Assembly: GCA_002269645.1 (NCBI GenBank)
Contig: NIVC01000648.1
Span: 62,001 to 126,000, forward strand
Direction of reading: 5' to 3'
Source: Macrostomum lignano
Lineage: Eukaryota
Length of the DNA stretch: 64,000 nt
The notes beneath the pieces were generated by a model that was not told the DNA's origin, made no database searches, and saw only the letters and a list, made by a program, of their open reading frames with translations. The number at the start of each line of letters is the position of its first letter. The first letter of the stretch is position 1. Position numbers and translations under genes: made by a program. This document shows, one piece after another, positions 27,257-37,721 of this stretch.

Positions 27257-29830
27257 CTAATCTTGAAACTTAAAAAGCAACTCATAAAGATATATCGTAC
27301 TTAACAGCTTGCCTGTTTGGCGTAGAATTTTGTCGACCGGCAAAGAACGCTGCTTTGACTGTTGCTGCTGCTTGCGCTGCAGATAGTGCACCGGATCCTG
27401 CAAACGCGAGCTTCTGAATTGCTCCTTCTGCTGATCACTGCCAGTCAGATTAAAATTGGTATTCGAAGAGTTCGACTGCTGCTTCTGCGGCTGCTGCAGT
27501 TGACTGCCTGCAGAGACGCCTGTAACTGCATGAGAAGCCGTCGGCGATTCGACAGAACCGCCGCCTTGAGCTGCCAGCCCGTTTCGAAGCTCAGTCAGCA
27601 TGCGTAGTGCGTCGTCAACAGATCGACCGACTGGCATGTCGTTGATGGTCACCTGGCAGATTGTCTTGTTTCGGTCAATCAGAAAGGTGCCTCTGTGCAG
27701 AAGCGAGTACGAAAGAAATATCGTGTACGAAATATAAAAGGGAAATGTAAGGAATATAGAGTGGAAAATAAGCAATGCTTTCTACTCAATGAGATGACTT
27801 TTTTGAGTAGACAAACTTTATCTTGCATGTTGGAACTCCATCAAGTAGTGACGGTTATCTAACAGGTTGAGAACTCCAACGAGCAGGGTAAGTATAGCTA
27901 GGGGGGAGGGTAGCCCAGTTGTCCAGCGCGGTGCTCTGATGTGCCAGCGACCTAGGCTCGATTCCAAGTGCAGTCACATTAATTTTTGGGCTAAACTGGA
28001 ATCTTGGTTTGGCTCTGCTCGTGCAATTAACGCCATTAAGGACCAACCTCCCAAGGCGCAGTGAAGTGTACATGCCTAACGATAAATAAAGTTAGGGCCG
28101 CTGTGCAATCCTGTGTGAGTGTGTGCCTGTGCGTATGACTGCGTACGAATCCGCACGCTTGTGTGCCTGCTCAGGGGAGTCGGCGGAATGGGCGGAATGC
28201 CTCTCGCCGGTTGTGTGACAATTTCGCTTGAAGTTCGCCAGGGTGCACACAGCCCCTGCTCTAATAAAATTGTTAAATATTTCTAATGGTCCTTGCTCTG
28301 TGCATGCAAGAATTTTAATGAGATTCAACCGACACTTTCATTTATTTCATTTTGCTCATTTTTCAGTTGGTTTAAATTTGTCTGCACAGTCGATTGTAAC
28401 AAGTGGCGCAGCCACATGCATACCTGTAGGCAGCGCCGCTAGCCGCAAGAACACCGTACGCCCTTGAGATCTCGTGCGACCTGTCGCTCAGCAGGACGAT
28501 GGACTCGGCATTGCTGCCGGCTCCCAGGCCCCGTTCAGCTTTTGGCGCCTTCAACCAGGCCAGGTGAGTGTACACCGAGTCAGTGGAGCAGCACACAATG
28601 TTGCAGCTTGCGCAGCGAATTCGGAGAACTTTTCCGTGAATTGCACTATTTCGGTTGGGCAGACGAATGTGCTGGAATGTTTAGACATATAGCATATACT
28701 ATTATTAATAATAATATTCAGGCACGTCGCCACCGGATAGGACGGGAGGGGGACATGTCCCCCCCCCCCGATAAAATCTCTGAGGGGAACATGCCAATGC
28801 TTTGGCGCCTTCGGCGCTAAAATGAGTGCCTTCGGCGCTAAAATGAGTGCCTGCGGCGCTAAAATAAGTGCCTTCGGCGCTAAAATGAGTGCCTGCGGCG
28901 CCAAAATAAGTGCCTGCGGCGCTAGAAGGAATGCCTGCGGCGCTAAAAGAAATGCTTGCGGCGTCAAAATGAGTGCCTGCGGCGCCAAAATGAGTGCCAA
29001 AATTTAGTGGACATGTGCATGTTGAATTCTTGGCTTTGTCTCCCGAACATAAAATCCATGGCGACTCCCCTGATAATATTATTATTAAGTGTACACGTCG
29101 AGGGTGATAATTTTGATAGTGTATAATATTAGAAAAAGCAAAAAATAAATAAAATGACAGAAAACATAAATATAAGGTTAGTAAATAAAGACATTTTTTG
29201 AGATGATACTGCATGGTGAACGCACTTTAGGTTCAGTATTATAAAGTCTACACAAAAGTTCCTACGACAGGACATTTGCCACAGGATTCACTCAGAAACA
29301 CTTAAACTAAAGTTGAAATACGTCATTTAATCAGCTGTAGTCTGGCTTGTGGGTGCGCGTGCACTTAGATGTGCACGTCTGGCTGGTTTGGGGGTTGGGG
29401 TTTAGCGCTGCAGCGTCTGCGTGCTTAGGGTGGTTACACCCACCCAACTTTGGCATTAAATATATTGGCGTGAGCCAGTGAGGTCTCCTCACGTTTTGTT
29501 ATTCACTGCAATTCAACCCACGGTCTTACACAGCAATGATTGTGCATTTATTGGACGCGTTTTAAAGAATGGCCCTTACTCCCCACAAAGTGGTACTTGT
29601 ACTCCCAATTACTCCATGTTATGTAATTTTAACTGTGTTACTCGGATTTTAATAATTCAAATTGGCACAACTAAGAAGTGAACTTACAAGTCAGCCGGGT
29701 AGAACACTAGTACAAGATAATCGGCACCTTTGAGGGCCTCGTCCAGAGTCAAATCGACAATTTCACCGCGACGAACAGCCTGGCTGAGCAACGGCGGCGC
29801 CGTGTCTCCGGGAGCAAGATGTGCTGGCAT
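27257..29830 (-). CDS. Prx1/AhpC-type peroxiredoxin with atypical C-terminus; one internal frameshift
   Basis: Exons 29830-29688 (MPAHLAPGDTAP..LVLVFYPADF), 28671-28424 (TFVCPTEIVQF..CCSTDSVYTHLAW..LLSDRSHEISRAYGVL) and 27692-~27257 (GTFLID..QVTINDMPVGRSVDDALRM), with phase-2 GT-AG junctions. A 1-nt deletion at ~28606 lies between the CPTE and STDS blocks. The 3' end is uncertain. Confidence 0.85.
27901..28270 (+). mobile_element. tRNA-derived SINE (family A) in peroxiredoxin intron 2
   Basis: A-box TAGCCCAGTTG, B-box GGCTCGATTCC and tail CTAATAAAA; closely similar to 61822-62180. Confidence 0.85.
28719..29072. mobile_element. hAT-type MITE, copy 2, in peroxiredoxin intron 1
   Basis: Termini CAGGCACGTCGCCA / TGGCGACTCCCCTG; perfect 8-bp TSD ATAATATT (28711-28718 and 29073-29080); internal 21-bp repeat expanded at ~28800-29000. 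Confidence 0.88.
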
Positions 29831-30439
29831 GCCTTCCTGATGCAATAAATATGTGTATTAATATCCAAATATTTATATAGTTTTGAATTGCCCAATCTTA
29901 CTAAGCTAACAGCGCTTTGACTGGCACCCAAAATGACATCCTATTTGTCTATTTGTCTTTATTGAAAACGAGAGAGAAGATTAATTAGTACAAATAGTAT
30001 GACCATGGCCACAGACAGAATGTTCGCGTTCCAAAGCGTGTGTACTCAGCCAAGCAAAATGCCAACATCTCTGCTCTACCCGATCTTACACTGCGGCGAG
30101 CCTCTCTGACCCGCAGAAGTTGCAGAAGACTGCGGACTCCATGTTTACAGATTACTCAAGTTTGAAAGTTGGTGAAGGTCTTAAGATCCCAAGCCCCAAT
30201 ATTTTTTATAAAATTATTGATACTTCAAATGAAACGTGAATTACAGAAGTATTCGGAACCTAAATTTAATGGCATCTAGATTAGAATGATCTGCAATTTG
30301 GCATCCGGGATCCAAATTCAAAACGCCAAAATTAAACTTGATGCGTCGTAACACACGTTGACGCTATGGCACAAAAAACCTAATTCCAACCAATTGTATT
30401 TATTTTAAGTACTACAAATTATCTATATATCTACTCGTA

Positions 30440-31040
30440 CATGGGGTCTACGACAAGTGACCGCCACAATTTGACCGCCGACAATTTTGCCACTGGCAGT
30501 TTCACTGCCGGATTTTTGGGACCAACAATTTGATCGCCCTACATGTATTTTCATTTATAATCATTGACATTTTGAATTGTCAAAATGTTATTAACTACCT
30601 CTTGCTGGTTCAATGCATTTTACCCTAGCCCCTAAGCCAAATAATTAAAAAAGATCTGATGCTCAGAAAAGGCAACAAATTATACTTCATTTTCAATTTA
30701 CGGCACTTCAACATTGAAACTCTACAGTCTATTTGTAATTTTTACAGTTTACAGTATAATTCTAAGGAATGGGATCTAAGAAATATTCTACCAGAAAATG
30801 TTCTGGTAGAACAAAATATCTTCCTCGAGAAACCCTTCCTTTGAGTATAGTATAGTCATTATGCAGTTTTTAAACTATCTAGAAATGTCACTTCCTCAAA
30901 AAGTCTCAAGTACATAATAACAGCTAGCATGTTCACAATTTTAAAGAATGACCAACATCGCCGCAGAAAATAGGACGATCAAACTTCTGGGGTCCCAAAT
31001 ATTCCGGTCAAATTGTGGAGGTCAATTGCTGGTCTCCATC
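30440..31040. mobile_element. Degenerate MITE-like element
   Basis: GACCGCCACAATTTGACCG..TTTGGGACC..TTTGATCG at 30460-30540 has an inverted counterpart CGATCAAA..GGTCCCAAA..CGGTCAAATTGTGGAGGTC at 30975-31025. Confidence 0.55.
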
Positions 31041-31225
31041 TACATGTGTCATGGATTCGTCTTTTATAAAGAAACTTCTGACATCACGATTCCGAATAAG
31101 TCAGTGCTCAGAATTTTCGACGGGACATCAAGAGTTCGGGAGGGAGCTGATTCTGGGTTCGACAAGATCTGGATCTTGAAATCTCGAAAACTTCTAAAGA
31201 TTCAAGAAGACTTCTTATCTTCTAC

Positions 31226-32010
<785 letters not shown>

Positions 32011-32111
32011 GTTTAGGCCTTTGTGCCGCGCTATAAACCCCAACTGAATTTCATTTGGAAAATCACGTCGCGTAAAAATTCTGAAAGCTATTCAATTTGA
32101 CTAACATGTAG

Positions 32112-33316
32112 TGTGAGCATCTTTTGCGTGTATTTGTTAGTTAATTGATTGTATTAGTTTCTATATTGTTAATTATTATTTTGCTTCAATTTAGTCACGC
32201 GGTCTAATGTACTTTTTTTCTTGTTAGTTAAAATCTAAATTTGTAAACAGGTTAGAAGTCAGACACCAATTCTGTGACTCAGCGGAGGGTTGAGTTTTTC
32301 TGCGAACCCCAGCTTTGCGCGGCCAGCCAATCAGAACCGGCCTGGACCCTGGCACGCGGCAAAATCCAAGTCTACCCGGCGCCGCGGGCACAGTGCAAAT
32401 CAGCTTAGCGGGCGGCCGGCCAGACGACCACCACCCGGCTTGAGGGGGGTGGTTTGAGGGTTTGACTCTGACTATATATGAAAGTGTGTTTGGCAATCGG
32501 ATCTCACTTTTCCTTTTCCCTCTCTCGCTTCTGTTTTTCCGTCCCCGGTCTTGATTTTTGTCCCGGCTTTCCGGCCGCTTGCCCTTGTTTTGGTTCGCGC
32601 TTTGAGGCGTTTGAGTTCATCACCCCCGGTCCATATTTTTGTCCCCGCCCGACCGCTTCAGTCTTGTAGCGTAACGTCTACGGCAAACTTCTGTCTGAAG
32701 TCGTCGCTATCAAGCGCGGTTAGATAGAGACTGTCGGATTTGACCAAGTACGTGGCCTCGATCCTGAGGGCCTCAGTGTCACACTGAAGGGCAGCGCTGA
32801 TAGAACTTAGTCAGTGCTCCGTTGAACGGTCAATTCGGCAGGGCTCTCGTTGAGTGTAGGTTCTGGTTTAGGCCAGGGGTTAGGAGTCTTCTCCGTGGTC
32901 GTGTTCGATTTTTCTTCTTCAAGCTGAGATCTGCTTGCCATTGCGTAACTAAGTTATTATTAATCGTTTGTCTCGTTATTATTTTCCGCTATTATCAGTT
33001 CGAAATTATCTGCGCCGCGAATTGCATTGAAGCTTGTAACTTGAAGTAATCAAATTAAATCGTCTAGCCAATTATCAGTCTGTATCATATAGGATTATCA
33101 CTCTCTAAATCTATTCGGTTCGTGTTCATCTGCGTTCTTCCTTTCCTTGTGCCGTACTGTGACTGTTGGAGAAAGACTGGTAGGACTCGCCGACCGGCGA
33201 TAGGCAATTAGGGCCAATAGCTTTAAAATCTCCGAACGCTCCAAGTAGGTTTGTCTGGGGCCTAAATAATTGCTTATCGTGCATGCTATATACATTTATT
33301 GTATCTATCACAAACA
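32112..33316. mobile_element. Possible solo LTR
   Basis: TG..CA termini with a candidate 4-bp TSD GTAG, internal CCAATCAG (~32326) and TATATAT (~32473). Terminal inverted match is only TGT/ACA and the TSD could be chance. Confidence 0.25.
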
Positions 33317-34136
33317 GTAGACTAGAGCAAAAATATCATGCGAGCGTAGTTTTTCTAACATTTAAAACCGGGAGATTGTGCACAATCATTATGCATGGAA
33401 ATTTGGTTTGTAATTTTTTATTTTTTTCTGCGGGAGATTTTGCTGTCACGTCAATGATCGCATCAGCAATCCCATTTGGCAGATTTTAAAAGTGCGGGTT
33501 CTTTTAGGTCTCAGGGCCCGAAATCTATCTGAAAATCTGCCGTAGATACCAACAGTAGAACAACAGTTTTTGTTCTCAAGAAATAAAAAAATGCATCGAA
33601 TGTGCATTATGCTTAAAACGATTTGTGTACATTATTTTAGTACATGTTTATTGTAAACATCCTTAAATTTAAAAATGAAATATTGCGTATTTGACTAAGT
33701 TAAAACGTTTGAATCATTGTTATAATAATCGTAAATACCTCTGACTTACACAGTTTAACCCTAATCTGTGTAACTATTGCTACTCGCACAATTCAAACTA
33801 TGCGTGCTATTTGTCCATATACTAAAATGGTTTGTCGGCATCTATGACTGTCGGTATGTGATCGATTTCAGAAAGAACGACTCAACCGATATTATTCGAA
33901 CTTGCACCATTCGGTCAAACATTTTCCCGTGCCGGTACATGTGTCTTGGCTATTTGTTTGAACAAAAGATTCTCCTCAAAGAAATTGTGCGGAGGCAGTT
34001 CAGAGGCAGTCACAACATTCCAACTGACTGCGAAATCACTAGAACGCATCTACACGAGTGAATTAATTGTGAGTAGGAGTAAATAAATAAGCGTATATTT
34101 CAGTCAAAAACAGCTCAGTCACGAAATCATGGAAAT

Positions 34137-36410
34137 CTAGCTGCTGTTCTCCAGCCACTCCAGAACCTTCACCAGCAGATCCCTGGCAATGCCAGAAGCC
34201 TCCTGCACCAGCCTCTTGGCCAGCTCGATAGCAGCCTGCTTGCCGTGCTCAGCCAGCTCCCTCAGGATAGCCTTGACCTGCTCCATGTCGATACCGATGA
34301 TGTCCAGGATGTAGGCATTGCGGTTCTCCAGCCACTGAAGGACCTTGATGAGGACGTCCCTCAGTTCTCCTTCGGCATCCTGCAGGAGCTTTTTAGTCAG
34401 CCTGATGGCGGCCTCCTTTCCGGCGTTAGCCAGCTCCCTCAGGATAGCCTTGACCTCATCAATGTCAATATCGATGTTGTCCAGGATGTAGGCGTCGTCG
34501 TTGCGGTTCTCCAGCCACTCGAGGACACGGATGAGGATGTCCTTCAGAGCTCCCTGGGCCTCCTGCAGCAGTCTCTTGGCCAGCTCGATAGCGGCCTGCT
34601 TGCCGTGCTCAGCCAGCTCCCTCAGGATGGCCTTGACCTGCTCGATGTCGATACCGATGATGTCCAGGATGTAGGCGGACCTCTGACGCTCAAGGATCTC
34701 GAGCACCTTGATGAGGATGTCCTTAAGAGCTCCTTGGGCTTCCTCCAGCATCCTCTTGGCCAGCTCGATAGCGGCCTGCTTGCCGTGCTGAGCGAGCTCC
34801 CTCAGGATAGCCTTGACCTCCTCCACGTCGATGCCGATCAGGTCCAGGATGAAAGCGTCGTCGTTGCGGTTCTCCAGCCACTCCAGAACCTTCACCAGTA
34901 GATCCCTGGCGATACCAGAAGCCTCCTGCAGCAGTCTCTTGGCCAGCTCGATAGCGGCCTGCTTGCCGTGCTCAGCCAGCTCCCTCAGGATAGCCTTGAC
35001 CTGCTCGAGGTCGATACCGATGATGTCCAGGATGTAGGCGTCGTCGTTGCGGTTCTCCAGCCACTCCAGAACCTTCACCAGCAGATCCTTGGCGATGCCA
35101 GAAGCTTCCTGCAGCAGTCTCTTGGCCAGCTCGATAGCGGCCTGCTTGCCGTGCTCAGCCAGCTCTCTCAGGATAGCCTTGACCTGCTCCATGTCGATGC
35201 CAATGATGTCCAGGATGTAGGCGGACCTCTGACGCTCCAGGATCTCGAGCACCTTGATGAGGATGTCCTTCAGAGCTCCTTGAGCGTGCTCCAACATCCT
35301 CTTGGCCAGCTCGATAGCGGCGTCCATACCGTTCTGAGCGAGCTCCCTCAGGATGGCCTTGACCTCCTCGACGTCAATGCCGATCAGGTCGAGAATGAAC
35401 GCGTCGTCATTGCGGTTCTCCAGCCACTCGAGGACACGGATGAGGATGTCCTTCAGAGCTCCCTGGGCCTCCTGCAGCAGTCTCTTGGCCAGCTCGATAG
35501 CGGCCTGCTTGCCGTGCTCAGCCAGCTCCCTCAGGATAGCCTTGACCTGCTCGATGTCGATACCGATGATGTCCAGGATATAGGCAGACCTCTGACGCTC
35601 CAGGATCTCGAGCACCTTGATGAGGATGTCCTTAAGAGCTCCTTGGGCTTCCTCCAGCATCCTCTTGGCCAGCTCGATAGCGGCCTGCTTGCCGTGCTGA
35701 GCGAGCTCCCTCAGGATAGCCTTGACCTCCTCCACGTCGATGCCGATCAGGTCCAGGATGAAAGCGTCGTCGTTGCGGTTCTCCAGCCACTCCAGAACCT
35801 TCACCAGTAGATCCTTGGCAATGCCAGAAGCCTCCTGCACCAGCCTCTTGGCCAGCTCGATAGCGGCCTGCTTGCCGTGCTCAGCCAGCTCCCTCAGGAT
35901 AGCCTTGATCTGCTCCATGTCGATACCGATGATGTCCAGGATGTAGGCGTCGTCGTTGCGGTTCTCCAGCCACTCCAGAACCTTTACCAGCAGATCCTTG
36001 GCGATGCCAGAAGCCTCCTGCACCAGCCTCTTGGCCAGCTCGATAGCGGCCTGCTTGCCGTGCTCAGCCAGCTCCCTCAGGATGGCCTTGACCTGCTCCA
36101 TGTCGATACCGATGATGTCCAGGATGTAGGCGGACTTCTGACGCTCCAGAATTTCGAGGACCTTGATGAGGATGTCCTTCAGGGCTCCTTGAGCGTGTTC
36201 CAACATCCTCTTGGCCAGCTCGATAGCGGCGTCCATACCGTTCTGAGCGAGCTCCCTCAGGATAGCCTTGACCTCCTCCACGTCGATGCCGATCAGATCC
36301 AGGATGAAGGCGTCATCCTGCAGTTCACCCTTCGCTACCTCCTGCAGAGGAGCGGCCTGGGCAAAGGCGAATGCCAAAGAGGCGAGTCCTAGTAGAATCC
36401 AAAGCTTCAT
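34137..36410 (-). CDS. Secreted helical-repeat polyprotein, copy A, 757 aa: signal peptide, short pro-segment and 12 units of 57-61 aa
   Basis: Single uninterrupted ORF; MKLWILLGLASLAFAFAQA has typical signal-peptide structure; strongly C/G-ending codons; TATA and Inr-like motifs upstream. Confidence 0.92.
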   Translation of the reverse strand: MKLWILLGLASLAFAFAQAAPLQEVAKGELQDDAFILDLIGIDVEEVKAILRELAQNGMDAAIELAKRMLEHAQGALKDILIKVLEILERQKSAYILDIIGIDMEQVKAILRELAEHGKQAAIELAKRLVQEASGIAKDLLVKVLEWLENRNDDAYILDIIGIDMEQIKAILRELAEHGKQAAIELAKRLVQEASGIAKDLLVKVLEWLENRNDDAFILDLIGIDVEEVKAILRELAQHGKQAAIELAKRMLEEAQGALKDILIKVLEILERQRSAYILDIIGIDIEQVKAILRELAEHGKQAAIELAKRLLQEAQGALKDILIRVLEWLENRNDDAFILDLIGIDVEEVKAILRELAQNGMDAAIELAKRMLEHAQGALKDILIKVLEILERQRSAYILDIIGIDMEQVKAILRELAEHGKQAAIELAKRLLQEASGIAKDLLVKVLEWLENRNDDAYILDIIGIDLEQVKAILRELAEHGKQAAIELAKRLLQEASGIARDLLVKVLEWLENRNDDAFILDLIGIDVEEVKAILRELAQHGKQAAIELAKRMLEEAQGALKDILIKVLEILERQRSAYILDIIGIDIEQVKAILRELAEHGKQAAIELAKRLLQEAQGALKDILIRVLEWLENRNDDAYILDNIDIDIDEVKAILRELANAGKEAAIRLTKKLLQDAEGELRDVLIKVLQWLENRNAYILDIIGIDMEQVKAILRELAEHGKQAAIELAKRLVQEASGIARDLLVKVLEWLENSS

Positions 36411-36428
36411 GTTTGAAGTTTTCAAGTC

Positions 36429-36465
36429 GAGTGATGAGTCGTTTACGAAATTTGGTCCGTATATA
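36429..36465 (-). promoter_or_regulatory. TATA box and initiator of polyprotein gene A
   Basis: TATATA at 36465-36460 and TCACTC (Inr-like, A at 36432) about 30 nt downstream, ~20 nt before the ATG. Confidence 0.5.
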
Positions 36466-37721
36466 TGCATTTTCAAGTTGCTTTGCTAGTGATTTCTGAC
36501 TTGTTTCGGCTGACGTTTTCTCAACGTTATCAGTTCACCGCTTTGTTTGCTGTCTTTCAAACGTGCGTATCATTGAGAGAAATATTTCACCGATTTTTCC
36601 TTCTGGACCATTTTTAACCTTTCCTTTGGAATAATTCCAAAGTGGCCTAATGTTGCAGAAATTCCTGCACCCTGTTGATAGGAAATTGAAATTGAGTTTG
36701 CTTTTTCTGAAAAAATTCTTCGGTGGCGTGACTTGATAGCGTCACGCGTTGACGCATGCGATCCTGAAACTTACCGCCTCAGGGCAAATCTTCTATGGTT
36801 TCTATTTTTAACTTTTTAACACGTGCTCTACAGGTTTAGAGTTAGAATTTACGTTGAAGATTGAGATGCGCATTAGTTTCATTCATGAATGATGATGGAT
36901 CTCAAGGCTCGTTTACGCTGCCATCAAAAGACAACATTTTTTGTTATCACAAGTCTTGTATACGCGTAAAGTTTGCGTAGCTGTGTACTATTAATTTTTT
37001 ATTTGAAGGCTGTGAACAAGCCTTGAATTCTGAACGGACTGGGCAGTATTTTTTTGAGTAATTTCATCGCATCGCAGTCATAGTCGAAAAACTTCTTTAC
37101 CCAATTCTGCCAAGGTTGTTCGGATCAGCTAGAAAGTATATGGCGCCCATATTGATGGCTTGCTATGCGGCTGGGGAAGGAAAGATTCGGTGGGTCTGGT
37201 CTATTTTCCAAATTAGGAAAGCCCCCTTTCAAATCGATCCACGGCAAACCTTCCCGTTCTTTCGCTCCACTCTTCTTTCTCCCCTCAAACCTATCGTCAT
37301 CTGCGCCGCCATCCCCGGCTCCACAGACGGTTTGCCTCTGGCATTTATGCCCGCGCTCGGCGCCCCGACCCCGACAGACCGCGCTTGCACACGCTCGGCG
37401 AGGTCCAAATTTCGTCTAGAGCGCGGCGGCAGGCAGGCAAAGCTAGGGGCCATTCAGGCCGAGTTCTTCTTCTCGGCTGCGGACCTGCTGGCAGCAGACG
37501 GACGAGCAGAACCCTAGCAAAGCGCGAAGAGCAAATCTCGGATCGGCTTCCTCGAAGGAGAGGAAATCTTTTTTTCTTATCGCTTCGAACTATTCACCTT
37601 TCTTTTCTCCTTTCCTTCATTAGTATTGTTAGTTACGCTTGCCCTGTTTATTAGCCTAGAGCGACCACACAGCAATTCTGAGCAACCTAGAGACGCACAC
37701 GATAACAAATACAAAAAGATC

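Noticed and set aside
28170-28200. GGCGGAATGGG resembling the 3' end of an HDV-like ribozyme in the SINE
   Set aside because: I could not find matching P1/P2/P3 pairing strands upstream in any of the three copies.
28551-29007. LAPQALI / KMSACGA repeat ORFs
   Set aside because: A 21-bp array inside the hAT MITE; only the TFVCPTE end is real peroxiredoxin exon.
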